Position numbers and translations under genes: made by a program. This document shows, in pieces, positions 36,571 to 51,383 of a DNA stretch of 64,000 bases. The number at the start of each line of letters is the position of its first letter. Positions within the stretch are counted from its first letter, which is position 1. The stretch is taken from positions 27,134,354 through 27,198,353 of the forward strand of contig NC_068998.1 in assembly GCF_001194135.2 (NCBI RefSeq), given 5' to 3'. Under the pieces are notes generated by a model. The model searched no databases, had not been told where the DNA came from, and worked only from the letters and a program-made list of their open reading frames with translations. This DNA is from Octopus bimaculoides (lineage: Eukaryota).

Positions 36571-39500
36571 GTAGTTGCCCACAACAATTTGCAAATACAC
36601 CAAAAGTTAACTACCATTTACTACTACATTGATTGTTTTCTTCCAGTTATAAATAAATACTCCCGAAGTCTCTGGGATTATTTATTTACAACTCCAAACC
36701 ATATTGTCTTTAAGCCATAAAATGTCAGACAAAGACTTATTAATGTATTAGACACAGATTCCCATTTTAAAAAAATAATCTAAGGTTAAGAGAACACTAA
36801 CTCTTCATATCTTGTGCAAAAACTACTACTGACTGAAAGATATTCTCAAAAGTTTCCTTTTTCTTAAGTCAAAGAATTTTAACTAATTTTTTTGCTTTTC
36901 ATGGAAATAAAAGAAAAGCAGAGAAACTATAATTCAACAACTATTAATACAGAAAACATTAAATTGTTATCATCAAACAATATTCAAAAGTCACTTGAAG
37001 CCGACTAATCAACAAAATAGTTAACTTTTAATAATGAAGTGGAAAGCTTCTAAGAAAACAACACATAATTAATGTTAAATTAATTGAGTGTTTAGTAATT
37101 AGATAGAGCTGAGGTGAACTTCTCTGCATAGCTAGAAGAACAGTATCATTTTTATCACTGACTACATTTAACCACTTGACTCAATGTACTAACATCTTCA
37201 TTATTAAAATATTCGGGGGTTTTTTAGTGATGATGAATATAAAGAGAAAAGAAATGCAGGCAGAAGCTGCATTCAAATTGACATAATGTTCAGTTGTGCC
37301 TCTACAATACAACTCTATAAATTATGTGCCAGATTGGCTAATTTAGGAAAAACAAAATCATATTTCAGGTTAAAATAATCACCTGATAGTGGTTGAGGGC
37401 TTGTTTGAACCACAATTTTAAGGGCTATCAGCTGGAACCAAAGTTATTTGTTTTTTCTTTGTTTATGGGGGTCTGAGTTCAAACAACCAAATCAGGGCAT
37501 ATCGACCAAAATTACCTTAACAGTGTATTGCAGTTAAAAATGATCATCTGCAAGATCTCACCAGCTTTCAATCAAGGATAACATCTATGACACCTCCAGA
37601 AGAATGTCCATCATGTCACATCCAGCAACTGTTTTGAAACGTCCTACCCCGAGTTGTTCTGTGTGTATGAAGTTGGTCATAAAGCTCATTCTTCAAAACA
37701 TAAGGTGTCTGCTTTGACAGAAGGACAATCAAGAATCGAATCACTATATTACTGACTGGTCCATGTCATGCATAGTTATTGCTTGGCATTGTTGTTTCAA
37801 GATTTGTTGTGAATAATAAGTGATCAGTTTTCACAATTTAGTGCAAATGATTCTGATTTTTTTTGTGAATCATAGGGGGTAGCGGTTTTCATTGTATTTT
37901 TTCCTTTTTGCGGTGAGGGTGGGGGGGTAGACTATGGTAAAGTTTCAATCCAGGGATTTGTTGGGAATATTTTCTTTTTGCTATTTCATGTTTTGGTTCT
38001 TCTTCAATTTCGGCGTAAGCAAGGCAAAATCCTCCAAGCCGGAATCTGATCTTCCTAATCAGATTTTTACCCCATAAAATAGGCTAAATACCAAAAAAAT
38101 GTATTTAAGATCAATTATTTCAAGAAATTTATTAGGTTTTGAGTCCATTTTATGTTTCCTGTTTTTATACTTGTTTAATCACATTAGGGGTCAATAACTA
38201 CTGATTTTACCCAATCTTGGTCGGTTTTGATGTTTGGTACCCAAAATGGAATTATATTTTCTGTGTAGCCTTTTAACCCCTTTGAACTGATTTTTTTNNN
38301 NNNNNNNNNNNNNNNNNNNNNNNNNNNNNNNNNNNNNNNNNNNNNNNNNNNNNNNNNNNNNNNNNNNNNNNNNNNNNNNNNNNNNNNNNNNNNNNNNNNN
38401 NNNNNNNNNNNNNNNNNNNNNNNNNNNNNNNNNNNNNNNNNNNNNNNNNNNNNNNNNNNNNNNNNNNNNNNNNNNNNNNNNNNNNNNNNNNNNNNNNNNN
38501 NNNNNNNNNNNNNNNNNNNNNNNNNNNNNNNNNNNNNNNNNNNNNNAGCTATAAAAATATTTTAAACTTAGATTTTTTGCCTTATAATCTTTTAAGTTTA
38601 GAGAAGCAGAAAATAAGCATTTTAAACATCTGGGGGAAACTTCCAAAAATTATAAATTCCCACTCTGGGCACAATGTGCTATGTTCCATCAAAGATCCAG
38701 GTGCAGGTGTGGCTGTGGTAAGAAACTTGTTTCCCAACCACATGATACCTTGGGCAAGTGTCTTCTACTATAGCCTCAGGCCGACCAAAGCCTTGTTAGT
38801 GGATTTGGTAGGTGGAAACTGAAAGAACCCTGTCGCATGCACACATGCGCACGTGTGTATGTGTGTGTGTGTGTGCGCACGCGCACATCTTTGTGTCTGT
38901 TTGTCTCCCACCACCACTTGACAACCAGTGTTGATGTGTTTACATCCCCATAACTTAGCAGTTCAACATAATTGATCAATAGAATAAGTACCAGACTGTA
39001 AAAAAAAAAGTACTGGGGTTGATTCATTCAAATAAAATTCTTCCAGGTGGTGCCCCAGCATCACTGCAGTCTAATGACTGAAATCAATAAAAGAAAGAGA
39101 AAAAGTTAAACTTCCTTCCCAATATTAAATGATCAAATAGCATTAGCAACACACAACTTTACAAAACCCTAATCCTAACTTTACAACTGCAGATAACTAA
39201 GCATTGATATTGTGCAGGCTTACTGATGCCTGTGTGAACACATTTTCAGAAATAATGGATTGCAGAACACCCCTTAATACCCACATCAAGGCAACAGGGC
39301 TTGAGAAATTTCAGAATGTTTCCCAGATAGACTATGTGTGCCAGGTATAGACTCTTCAGTACAGTTTATATATGATCAAATATACATGACCATATACCAG
39401 GATCAATAGACTTATATCTATACAGACCCAAGGGCTAATATTTGAGGAGCACTGGTGGAATTCACTTTATTAATTAAATTAAACATTTTTTTTTTATTAA

Positions 39501-42500
39501 ATGTCTTGTCTTTTATAGTATCCAATGTGCCAGGGGAAAAGCCCAAGTTAAAGATCCAGGAGTGGTAACTTTGGAAAATATCAACTGGGTAGAAATTCTT
39601 AAAACAATGAATGTGTTGCAATTACATTGAAACTAATGAAATCTAGAGCTCTAAAATTACATTTGAAATATAAGTTTGCTAAACAATTTGGTCAAACAGA
39701 AACTACACCTTAAATGCACCTTCTAAACTCCAAAGATCCTGATTCAGAGGTTTTCTGAAGCAAATCTATCTTCATGCTGACATATGCTGACATCAGACCA
39801 ACAGTAGGCAGTTAGGTAGTGACTGTGGAAAGCAATGAAATTACTTGTGTAAAATAAGATATATTGGTTACTATTGAGATATCCGTCATCATTACCATTT
39901 AATGTTCATTTTTCACACTGGTATGGGTTGGACAGATTGCCAGGGGCCAGTGAGCCAAAGAACTGCACCAAGCTCCAATACTTACTTTGGCATGATTTCT
40001 ATGGCTGGGTGCTCTTCCTAGTGCCAACCATTTTACATGACACCAGCATTAGTGAGGTCACCAAGTAACTCACAAGACATGACCCCCACTCCCCTCAACT
40101 GAGGTGGGATTTTGTATCGAAGGATGAGGTTTTATGCCAGGTGATGAAAGGTTAAAATATAAAAATGGTATAGGAACAGGTATCTTATTGCAGAAAAGAT
40201 ACATGGCTACCCCAGTTGGAAAAGAGAGAAGACAGTGAAGATGTTTCAGGGCATAACCTCAAATTAGAGGAAGGTGAATATAAGAGAAGTGGTACAGAGA
40301 ACTGGACAGGGTGAGTGGGTTTGTGAGAGTGCGAAAGCAGAGTGGCAGATGAATAGAGATGAGGACAGAAGTGATTACAGGGAATGGTGAACACATTGAA
40401 AATATGGTAGACAAGTTTTTTTTTCCTGGCTTTAGTTGGAAGTTGAACTGTATCATTTATTGTTGAATAGTCTGAAGTATGCAGACTTTTATCATAATTT
40501 TACAGTATAAAAACTTCTTATAACAGTTTTTTCAACAACTCTAATAAAGACAAGCTTATACATTCCATAAGGTTTAACACAAATTTTCTCGATCAGTATC
40601 ATTCTTCTTGGAATGGAAACACTAGTTATGTATGCACAAAAATTTTCTCAACATTCTTTCTCATATCAACAGACTTTCCACTTTCATAAATTTCAGACCT
40701 CACAAAGTAGTTGAATTCATCATTGATTGACAGAATTGCAAGGACATGCTAAACTTAGCTAATGGACATCTATACCTAACCAAAATATAATGGTTTCAAA
40801 TTTTGGCACAAGGCCAGCAATTTCAAGGGAAAAGGCAAATTGATTACATTAACCCCAGTGCTCAGCTGGTACTTATCTTATTGATCCCAAAAGGATGAAA
40901 ACCAAAGTTAACCTTGGTGAAATCAGAACTCAGAACACAAAGACGGATGAAACACCACTAAGCATTTTGATAAGCATGCTAACAATTCTACCAGCTTGTC
41001 ACCTTCAAGCCAAACCATGATATAATACATACAAGACTCCAGCTTGCCATTCACAAACAACAACCAACTGAATTTGTGGATCAATTTCTTCAAGCCTTGA
41101 AACTACTAGTTAAAGAATAGAACTTTAAAACAATGTCATTGGGAGTATATACAAAAAAAAAAAAATCAATAGTGGACAGTTTTATTTCTGGAAAACCATC
41201 AACAGAAATGTGGCTCAAAGAACTTGAGAATAGATTTTAGAATAGCAGTTTCATAAACCAGAGCTTTAACTTAACACTAAAATATTCCAGCATCAATAAT
41301 CAGGATGTGTTTTTAAACATTAATACTATTACAAGATGACACCAAACAGGAATGTGTAAATAACATATTAAACATTCAGAAGGCCAGTATAAACCAGGTA
41401 GACCTTTTTCCAACATAATATCTTGAATTGTAGGTTGTTCTTCTGCTTTATAGGAGTATCTTTTGAGTCAATACACTTTTTAATGTTACAATTAACACAA
41501 ATTAACATACGCTTTGATTAACAGTGAAAGAACTGACAGTTTATCTAAGGTGATATTACTAAAGCAGAATGATTTAGTCATTAAACTAATCTCAAGAGGC
41601 AAGAACATTGTGATGGCATCAGTTAGTTCTAGAATCAAAGAGATATAAAGTTGTAATTAGAATAGATAAGTGGAAAAATTGTACAAAGGGCATTCACTAT
41701 TAGTTATATACAGTTTCTGCTCAGATCTGCTTCAGGTAGGGAGTTTCATATCCCAACATTCCTTAATAGCATTAAAATTTAATACTTCAAAAGCTTCTCT
41801 AATGTTGTTAGATTTTGCTTCACTAATTTAACTCCAAATGAAAAACCTATTGTTATACCCACTTGAAGCTATTATGTGGAAGACTTCAAATTCATAAGGC
41901 AAAAAAAGTATCTAGTCAAAGAAGGCAGCAGTGAACCATTAGATCACAGTAAAGAGATCAAGTTATAGTAAAAAAAAAAAAAATCACAAATGATGCCTTA
42001 TCATTGATTTCTCTACCACTATCAATATTCATATATTTTTAACTGACATTCCATCAGTCACAATGATGAGGTTTCCAATTGATCTGATCAATGAAACAGC
42101 CTGCTAGTGAAATTATCATACAAGTGGATGAGCACTCCAGAGATACATGTATTCTTAACATGTGAAGATTCAACATGACACAATGTGAACAGGCTAGTCA
42201 CTTGAATTACATGTACAATTCATTTTTGCCAGCTGAGTGGACAGGAGCAGCATAAAATAAAATGTCTTGTTCAAAGACACAAAGTACCACTAGAAATTGA
42301 ATTCAAGATTATACAATCATGAACCAAATGCCCTAACCAGTAAGCCATGCACCTTCACATCAAATACTTCTCCATGTTTTTCTAGTACCTATCATTGATG
42401 AAACAACACATACTATATTGCAATATTCATATTTTAGCAAGACTGACATGAAATATGCATATTATCAACTGCCACTGACAATTAAAGACTGTCCTTACAT

Positions 42501-43475
42501 TGCTTTTGAAGCCTTGGGATAACAGTATCACGAAACAAGGTTCCCTTTGTGGAGCAGAAGACACTTGCTCAAGGTGCCACACATCAGACTAAACCTAAAA
42601 CCATGTGGCTGCAAAGTGAACTTCTTAGCCATATACATGCAGCTCTGTATTTGTCCAATAAAAATGCATTCCAGACAAAACAAGCATGACATTCTTTGGA
42701 TATTGCAATCACAGCCACAAAAAAAAAAGCTGCTGATCCTAAAAAGCTGCTTCTATTTAAAGACCTTAAAATTCCTACTTCTAAAAAGAAACTAAAAAAT
42801 ATCATCTAGTCTATTAGAGGAAATCTTTTACTTGTTTCAGTTGTGAAACTGTCTCCATGCTGGGACACTGCTTTGAAGAATTTTTAGAAGGATGAATCAA
42901 CCCCAGTACTTATTTTCTTTTAAAGCTTGGTTACTTATTCTATCAGACTCTTTTGCTAAACCACTAAAATCAGTAGTCAACACCAACATCAATAGTCAAC
43001 AAACACAGACACACATACACATATATATGACAGGCTTCTTTCAGTTTCTGTCTACCATATCCACTCACAATGCTTTGGCCAACCCAAAATAATAAAAGAC
43101 ACCTGCCCAAGGTGCCATGCAGTGGGACCAAACCTGAAAACATGTGGTTGGAAGGCAAGCTTCTTACCACACACCGACTGGGGTCCTTAATGAAATATAT
43201 CATTTTCCAAATTCCTCAAAAAGTTGTTATTGCCTTTATTGACATGGGTGTGGCTGTGTAATTAAGAAGCTTGTTTCCTCCCAACCATGTGGTCTTGGGT
43301 TCAGTCCCAATGTGCTGCACATCTTGGGCAAGTGTCTCCTACAAAAACCCGAAGCCAAACAAAACTTTGTGAGTGGATTTGATAGATGAAAACTGAAAGA
43401 AGTTTGCCATGTGTGTGTTTGTGTGTCTTTGTTGTTTGTTTGTACCCCACCACTGTTTGACAACTGGTGTTGGTT

Positions 43476-43671
43476 TATTCTTTTATTTGTTTCAGTCATT
43501 TGACTGTGGCCATGCTGGAGCACCACCTTTAGTCAAGCAAATCGACCCAAGGACTTATTCTCTGTAAGCCTAGTACTTATTCAATCGGTCCCTCTTGCTG
43601 AACCGCTAGAAGATGGGGACGTAAACACACCAGCATCAGTTGTCAAGTGATATGGGGGAGCAGACACACAA

Positions 43672-43737
<66 letters not shown>

Positions 43738-43900
43738 GACGGGCTTCTTTCAGTTTCCGTCTACCAAATCCACTCACAAGGCTTTGGTCGGCCCGAGGCT
43801 ATAGTAGGAGACACTTGCCCAAGGTGCTACACAGTGGGACTGAACCCAGAACCATGTGGTTGGTAAGCAACTACTTACCACACAGCCACTCCTGCACCTA
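43476..43900 (-). mobile_element. Young full-length SINE-B (tRNA head, CORE-like ccttgggcaagtg, internal (CA)n) nested in an older plus-strand SINE-B (43240-43945)
   Basis: Host SINE-B sequence resumes (tcctcataacttagcagtt) after the insert. Other B copies: 10400-10575, 30020-30180, 32600-32910, 38698-39095, 42825-43180, 47665-48065, 54885-55200, 56205-56590, 60735-61110, 63565-63720. Confidence 0.85.
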
Positions 43901-46029
43901 TGGTTTGTTTATATCCTCATAACTTAGCAGTTATAGCCACAGTGCCAGACACTGTGTTAACTGCAACACTACTACAAGGAGAACAGAGCAACATACGTAT
44001 ATAGACCTGTTATTGTTATTTTTTAGAACAGTTACTAAATTCCCTGTTGCTGACAATGAAACAGATGAATGGTGACTTTGATAAAAGTGATGGAAAAGAT
44101 GATAAGTTTTGACATCTAGTCCATTATTCCCCTTCAGAACTGTAGAAGCCAACCATAGCAGATATTAATCTAAGAACAGCAGTCAGGAAGATCATCTCTT
44201 ATTCCCCACTGAACAAAACAGAGTAAGAATCCTAAATTTGGTATTTTTCATTGTATTATTAGCATCTAGCTTGAAGGAAAACCAACAAAAATTAGCCATC
44301 AGAAAAGCAGTAAGAAACTTGCCTTGTTGCCTCACACACACAGATTAGCATAAATGGCTCTCTGTTTCACTATTTCATCAAGTGTTATAAATTTACTATC
44401 ATTCCTTGCTAAATATTTCCTGTGATTACAAGTAACCATCTCAAATAATATCAAAATAACCACAAAATAATATTTTCTCAAATCAACATAGAATGTTTAC
44501 TTGACACAAAAGTTAGATATAAAAATGCAATGCAATTGGTAAAGAGGGATGTGCAACAGCAGGGTACATCAACTCTTGTATGGATTGCTTGTCATTATTT
44601 CAAGCATACTCCCTTTCCCATTTGCAACAAGATTCTTACAAGCAGCAGCTGTGTCAACTCCATAGTGAGAGGGATGGGTTGAAGGTTAAGTTCATGAATT
44701 GAAGGCTGACAGCAGGAGCAATAGCAGCCACAGCAACCAGAGTTATAAGCTAATGCTTGCTGTAATCGCTACATTGTGTACCACTGTGCTTACTATTCAG
44801 ATCATTACACTCCTTTGCCTCTTGTCCATTATTGCAAAGGGATAGAGTATATTCAATTATCAACACCAAAGGGATAAAAGGCAAAATTGCTTCCATCAGG
44901 ATTTAAACAGGCAACATTAATGTACTGAAATAGAGACCAATAAAACAACCAATCCAGATTTCTACTGTTTCAATTGCTTTCAAGCTATTAATAATGATTT
45001 GCTATGCTATAACTCAATACCTTAGAGAGGAGAAAGTTGATTAATCCAAAACCAGAATATTACTGGTATTTATCTCATTGAGAATTTCAAATTTCAAATT
45101 TTATAAGTATTTTCTGAAGGTGTTAATACTGATTTCAAATTTTGGCACAAGGCCAGCAATTTCGGGGGTAGGACCTCAGTACTTGACTGGTACTTACTTT
45201 ATCAACTCCAAAAGAATGAAAGGCAAAGTTGACCTCAGCAAAATGTCACTAAGCTATTTACCCAGCATGCAGCATTTTTGTAATAAGGATTACTAAGGTG
45301 TTAATATTACACAAGAAGGCAGTAAGCTGGCAGAATTGTTACGGCATTGGAAAAGATGCATAGCAGCATTTCTTCTAACTCTACATTCTGAGTTCAAATG
45401 CCAACAGTCAACTTTGCCTTTCATCCTTTTGGAGTCAATAAAATAAGTACCAGTTGAGTACTGGGGTCAGTATAATCGACTTACCTCCTCACCCAAAATT
45501 GCTGGTCTTGTGCCAAAATTTGAAACTAATAATATACAAGAAAATAAAAATAAAGATTATCCACATATTTCTTTCCTCAATTGAAGCTTGCAGGAATATC
45601 TGATTCCATCTGAAAATCAATAATATCTCTTTACTGAGCTCATAAATCAAAGTAGCTGAGTAGATAACATGTCAGCTTGATAGCTCATGAATTGTAAGTA
45701 TTATGATAAACATCATACTCATGCACTGTATATATCTAATTGTGTCACTGAGCAACAAAACTATTCTAAATATCTACACTTGGACCCAGTGACCTGGAGA
45801 CCAAGCACTAAGAGTTTTCTAAGGTAAGTTAACTGCATTATTGTTCAGATTATCTATCATCTATCCAACTGGTTTCATGAACTAGAATGATTTGTAACAG
45901 GACCTACTTGAGCTCACCATCATTTTTTTAGAAATAAAACTTTTGTTGTTTTTACCTTTTAATAGTAGTACCATACTTCCAATTATAGAGATAAAGAGAC
46001 ATATGTGAATTAAATCAAAACTAAGGTAA

Positions 46030-46330
46030 TCTATATATATAAAACCGAGAATGTGTGTCTGTCTGTATCTATGTGTGTGAGTGTGTGTGTGTGTCTATAT
46101 GTGTGTGCATCACTAAAACTCAAGAACTACCCAACCAATTTCATTCAAGTTTTACACATGCATTACTTAGGATCCATGGAGTGTTATGGGCCAAAAACAT
46201 TTTCAACTTCTTGCCTAATGCAAGTCCCAAAAGATCTCTTAGACTATTTCGGTATAATGGTATAACATGTAAAAAATGAAACAATAACATCTCTATTGTA
46301 ATGTGATAGAAGAGTTTCACTTTTATATGG
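46030..46330 (+). mobile_element. Non-autonomous Helitron 5' end
   Basis: A|TCTATATATATAAAA start followed by (tgtc/tg)n; 3' CTAG end not found, possibly lost in the gap at 46505-46826. Confidence 0.5.
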
Positions 46331-46349
46331 TTTCACTTTTAATAGCTTC

Positions 46350-46403
46350 ACTATGTATATATATATATGTTTGTATATATATATATGTTTGTATATATGT
46401 GCA

Positions 46404-46442
<39 letters not shown>

Positions 46443-46449
46443 CTTTGTA

Positions 46450-46504
<55 letters not shown>

Positions 46505-46852
46505 NNNNNNNNNNNNNNNNNNNNNNNNNNNNNNNNNNNNNNNNNNNNNNNNNNNNNNNNNNNNNNNNNNNNNNNNNNNNNNNNNNNNNNNNNNNNNNNN
46601 NNNNNNNNNNNNNNNNNNNNNNNNNNNNNNNNNNNNNNNNNNNNNNNNNNNNNNNNNNNNNNNNNNNNNNNNNNNNNNNNNNNNNNNNNNNNNNNNNNNN
46701 NNNNNNNNNNNNNNNNNNNNNNNNNNNNNNNNNNNNNNNNNNNNNNNNNNNNNNNNNNNNNNNNNNNNNNNNNNNNNNNNNNNNNNNNNNNNNNNNNNNN
46801 NNNNNNNNNNNNNNNNNNNNNNNNNATATATATATATATATATATATATACA
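46350..46852. repeat. (TA)n/(TG)n tract spanning N-gap 46505-46826
   Basis: Direct reading. Confidence 0.95.
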
Positions 46853-47199
46853 TATTTCTATTTGTAAGTTCACTGCATTTCATCTTTCTAAGGTTGGTAA
46901 AATAAGTACCATCATCATCATCATCGTTTAATGTTTACTTTCCATACTGGCATGGGTTGGCCAGTTTCACATGGAGCTGTCCAGACTCCAGCTACCTTTT
47001 AAGGCATAATTTTTATGGCTGGCTGCCCTTCTTAAAGCCAACCACTTAAGAGCATGCTGGGTGCTTTTTACATGCCACCAGTCAATAAAAGTAAGTACTG
47101 GTGGAGGGAGAGTGTCCCAGAATGGCCATAGACTAGTGACTGAAACCAGTAAAAGTATAAAAGGATACTCCCAGCTAATAAAAGGATTAACCTCTACAG

Positions 47200-48162
47200 C
47201 AGGATTTCTCAAACTAGGATCAATTTACCCCTTTGAGTTCACCTATCCAGAAAGTAAATTTGATGATTCAAGATTTGGACAACTTCTTTTCAAAAATAAT
47301 TTTTAAAGTCTGAAGTTGAGAAAAAATTTCAAATAGGCTTATTTTGCAAAAAAATACTGATTGTTTTCTTTCTACTACTGTGGATTTCACAATCTACATT
47401 GTAAACTTATTAATTATTGTGTTGTTAATGAAATAGTCCAATTTGGAAGACTTTAATTCTAATATTTGTTTATCATTAATTCATAAGTGGAATAACACAG
47501 GTATCTACTGCTTTTATTGTTATTTTTATTTCAGTAATAATAATGTTTAGAATGAGTATTTCAATTTTATCTTTATCAGTTATTTTATTATCATAGAAAT
47601 TCTAATTACAAACTAAAATTGCAAAAAAAAAAACTTTAAATTCAAATTAAGAAACAAAACTTTGAACTGGTGCAGGTGTGGCTGTGAGGTAAGAAGTTTG
47701 CTTCCCAACCACATTGTTCCAGGTTCACTCCCATTGCATGCCAACTTGGGGAAATGTCTTCTACTATAGCCTCAGGCTGACCAAAGCCTTGTGAGTGGAT
47801 TTGATAGGTGAAAACTGGAAGAAGCCTGTCATATATATGTGTGTGTGTGTGTGTCTGTGTTTGTCCCCCACCACTGCTTGACAACCAGTGTTGGTGTGGT
47901 TACATCCCCATAGCTTAGTAGTTCAGCAAAAGAAACCAATAGAATAAGTACCAGGCTTAAAAAGGAAATAAATATTGGGGTCAATTAGTTCAAATAAAAT
48001 TCCACAAGGCGATGCCCCAGCATGGCCACAGTCTAATGACTGAAACAAGTAAGAGATAAATGGTAAAAGACCAAAACTCAAATTGCAAAAAAAAACAAAG
48101 TAGGGTGTAAATTTATTTTTAAAATGATATACCAGGGGAATGAAAAAGGTTGGGAACCCCTA
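47200..48162. mobile_element. Non-autonomous hAT element carrying a nested SINE-B (47665-48065)
   Basis: Left caggatttctcaaact, right ggttgggaacccct; flanks ctctacag / cttacagc (TSD with 1-nt deletion). Confidence 0.5.
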
Positions 48163-48569
48163 CTTACAGCATTTACAAGGGTTTTGTTATTGTCTTTTCT
48201 CATTTACAAGAGTACAAATTTGTTAGGGCAGGGATAGTGAAATGAAGTGACTCTAGTACATGACTATACCTTGTTTTATTCAATCTTACAGATGAAAGAA
48301 CAGAATGAATCCAGTGAGATTTGAAATCCCCGATGTAGCACAGAAAAAAACACTATAATATTTCATCAGATATTTTGCCACATCTGCCAGGAAAGTGATT
48401 ACAATATGTCTATATAAGTAAAACACAATAGATAAGATCTGCTGATGTGTCAAAAGAAGGCATATCTAATCTACCTTCAACAGGTGAGAGACAAGAAGAG
48501 AGTAGGAAGACAGAGATGCTTGTTAAAGCTTTTAAATGTACAAACTAGAGAAAAAGAATTGATGATTAC

Positions 48570-48651
48570 CTTCATAGAAAAATGTTGATCAAATACTTTG
48601 GAAAATATACCCAGAGTCTCCAGCTGAGATTCTTCCTTAATGGACTGAATC
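48570..48651 (-). other. Candidate non-coding 5' UTR exon of PCGF3 (82 nt)
   Basis: Acceptor caatcttattttAG and donor AAG|GTAATC around unique, non-repeat sequence. Confidence 0.35.
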
Positions 48652-50486
48652 CTAAAATAAGATTGAAACAAAGAGATAATTAGCTTTTCAAAACAATCAT
48701 ATTACAATATTAACTGAAATGAAATTATGTAAATATATATTTCATGTCTTTTTTGTTTTTTTTATCATCAAGTTCAATAAATTCATATGGATTATTTGTT
48801 ATTGTCATTTGTTGCATGAAGAAACTCCACCCATTTAACATTTAAGTAATTTAATCTTTGGAGTTCAACTTCTTGTCTCCCACGAAAAAGATATTGTCTT
48901 TAGTACTAATGACTTTTCTTCTTGTTATGGGTTTAATATAAACAGTCTAAAAATTATTTTTGGCTCTCTTACACTAAATATGTTAGCCTGTACTTAATTA
49001 CTGAAAAGTGTTCCTTTAAAAAAATAATTTTCCTCTGTTAGAAAAAGCAAGGTGACCATAGATTTAAATCAACACTTGTTTACAACACGTTCCTCTTTAA
49101 GGTATTATGAATGAAATACTGTCATTTCTGTACAAAATTCTGAATTTTTATTACAAAAATAATATTGATAAAATAGATAACTGATCATTTTCAATTTTTA
49201 GATAAATATACATGATCTGACTGCTAGTTTTCAATGTAAACAAAAGCACAGCAGTCAAAATTGTACCTAGAAATTCATTGGAATAAAAAAGCTGGTTGTA
49301 TACTGTAAAGAGTATAGAAAGAATTCAATGAGAAATTGAATAAATATAGTGTTGAATAAGAAACAAAGTGTTAAGTAGAAGTGATGGCCTTTGTGTATAG
49401 AATACATGTAAGCCATCATAGTTGAAGAAAGGAGAAAAACTATGATTTGTTTGCAGAAGTTTGTGATAATATCCTTTGCAAAGAATGACACAAGGGTGGG
49501 GAGAGTTTCTTGGTGCTATCTTTCACAAAAACCATTTTAACAATATCAAACTGGTTGACAGCTATAAATGTTTATCAATATATTCATTTATCATTACCAC
49601 ACAACACCCCAGGCATCATTTTACAACAAATATAAATAGAACCATATATGTTTTAACATTTTTGGTATCAGCCCTTCTGTGACAGCAGCTCCTGGTCCCA
49701 TGGGAAAAAGGCTTTAATTTTTATTTAAGCCATTAACATTCAGATTATTCAATCAAATGTAATGCTTATTTATTCACATTGTTTTCAATTAATTATACAT
49801 AATCTCATACCTTCGAGATTTAAATGAGGGATTGTTTATTTCTAGAATGACATTGTAGAGTAGGTGCAGGAGGCCAGATCTGGCCAGTTTGAACATAAAA
49901 CAGGTAGAATACTTTGGCTGGCTTCAATGCTAAAGTGTTCATGTTGTTTTGTTTTTTTTCTTAATTAATCATGCATTATCATGTAACTTCAAGATATTGA
50001 TGAGGTAATTGTTTATTTTTAGAATGACATTGTAGGGTAGATGGGAGAAGCCAAATCTGGTTGGTTTGAATGTAAGAGAAGAATAACTGGGTCAGATATG
50101 GTCAGTTTAAATGTTAAATGGTTAAATTAAAACCTTCTATAAAAAGAAATCATGTTAAAATATTTGCAAAATACCAACTCATAGTGAAAAAACTTATACT
50201 CTCCACCAAACTTGCTGGCTCTGAGCCAGAATTTGAAACCATTACTATTTTTATTATTATCTTTATTATTATTATTATTATTATTATTATCATTATTATC
50301 ATCATCATCACCATCATTACTATTAAGGTGGCAAGCTGGCAGAATCATTAGCACACCAGGCAAAATACTTAATGGCTTCAAATTCCACCAGAGTCGACTT
50401 TACTAGGTGCCAGTTGAGCACTGGAGTTGAGTAATTGACTATTTCCCTCCCCAGAAATTCCAGGCCTTGCACTTATTGTAAAAAGG

Positions 50487-50519
<33 letters not shown>

Positions 50520-50747
50520 TAGTGAGCTGACAGAACCGTTAGCACACCAGGCAAAAAGCTTAGTGGCATTTGATTTGTCTTTATGTTCTGAGTTTCAATT
50601 CCACCAGGTCAACTTTGCCTTTCATCCTTTTGAGGGTCAATAAAATAAGTACCAGTTGAGTAGTGGGGTTGATGTAATTGACTTACACCCCACTCCACCC
50701 CACCACACATACATACAATTTCATGCCTTGTGCCAATAATAGAAAGG

Positions 50748-50785
<38 letters not shown>

Positions 50786-51344
50786 TTATTTGTTTGGTAG
50801 CTTTAGCAAAAGATGTTGTGTGAAAGGGCTAAAGACAGATACTTTCCTCTTTGGTCAAGCCTTCATCAACTTTTTTCAAGTTTCACTTGAAAAGGAAAGT
50901 GAGAGTAGAGAAGGAAGTGCCACCTTTCCAGTAATTTTGTTGAAAAGTGGATGAATGTGGCAAGAATGGTCTGAGTGAACCGGCCTACTCTAAGCATGCA
51001 CCTATAGATTGAAGGAAGATAATANNNNNNNNNNNNNNNNNNNNNNNNNNNNNNNNNNNNNNNNNNNNNNNNNNNNNNNNNNNNNNNNNNNNNNNNNNNN
51101 NNNNNNNNNNNNNNNNNNNNNNNNNNNNNNNNNNNNNNNNNNNNNNNNNNNNNNNNNNNNNNNNNNNNNNNNNNNNNCATTAAAATTTACATTGTTACTG
51201 TCTTTCTACTTTTTACTCGCTTTTTTATGTAACCTTACATTGTATAGTTCTGTACTGTCCCCAACATTTTTGTGAACCCTTAGTAGTGAATAGAGAAAGC
51301 ATTATTATTATTATCCCCTCCCCCAAGCTGCCCTTGTGGCAAAA

Positions 51345-51383
<39 letters not shown>

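Noticed and set aside
37560-37720. TPPEECPSCHIQ, resembling an I/Nimb-type LINE zinc knuckle
   Set aside because: Single short motif without supporting flanking homology.
37850-38640. Odd homopolymer-rich, CpG-containing sequence around the gap at 38298-38546 (similar at 57060-57260)
   Set aside because: Looks like low-quality contig-end sequence; no interpretable feature.
43800-43900. tRNA-like A/B boxes here and at many other sites
   Set aside because: They are SINE heads continuing into SINE bodies; no cloverleaf with acceptor stem.
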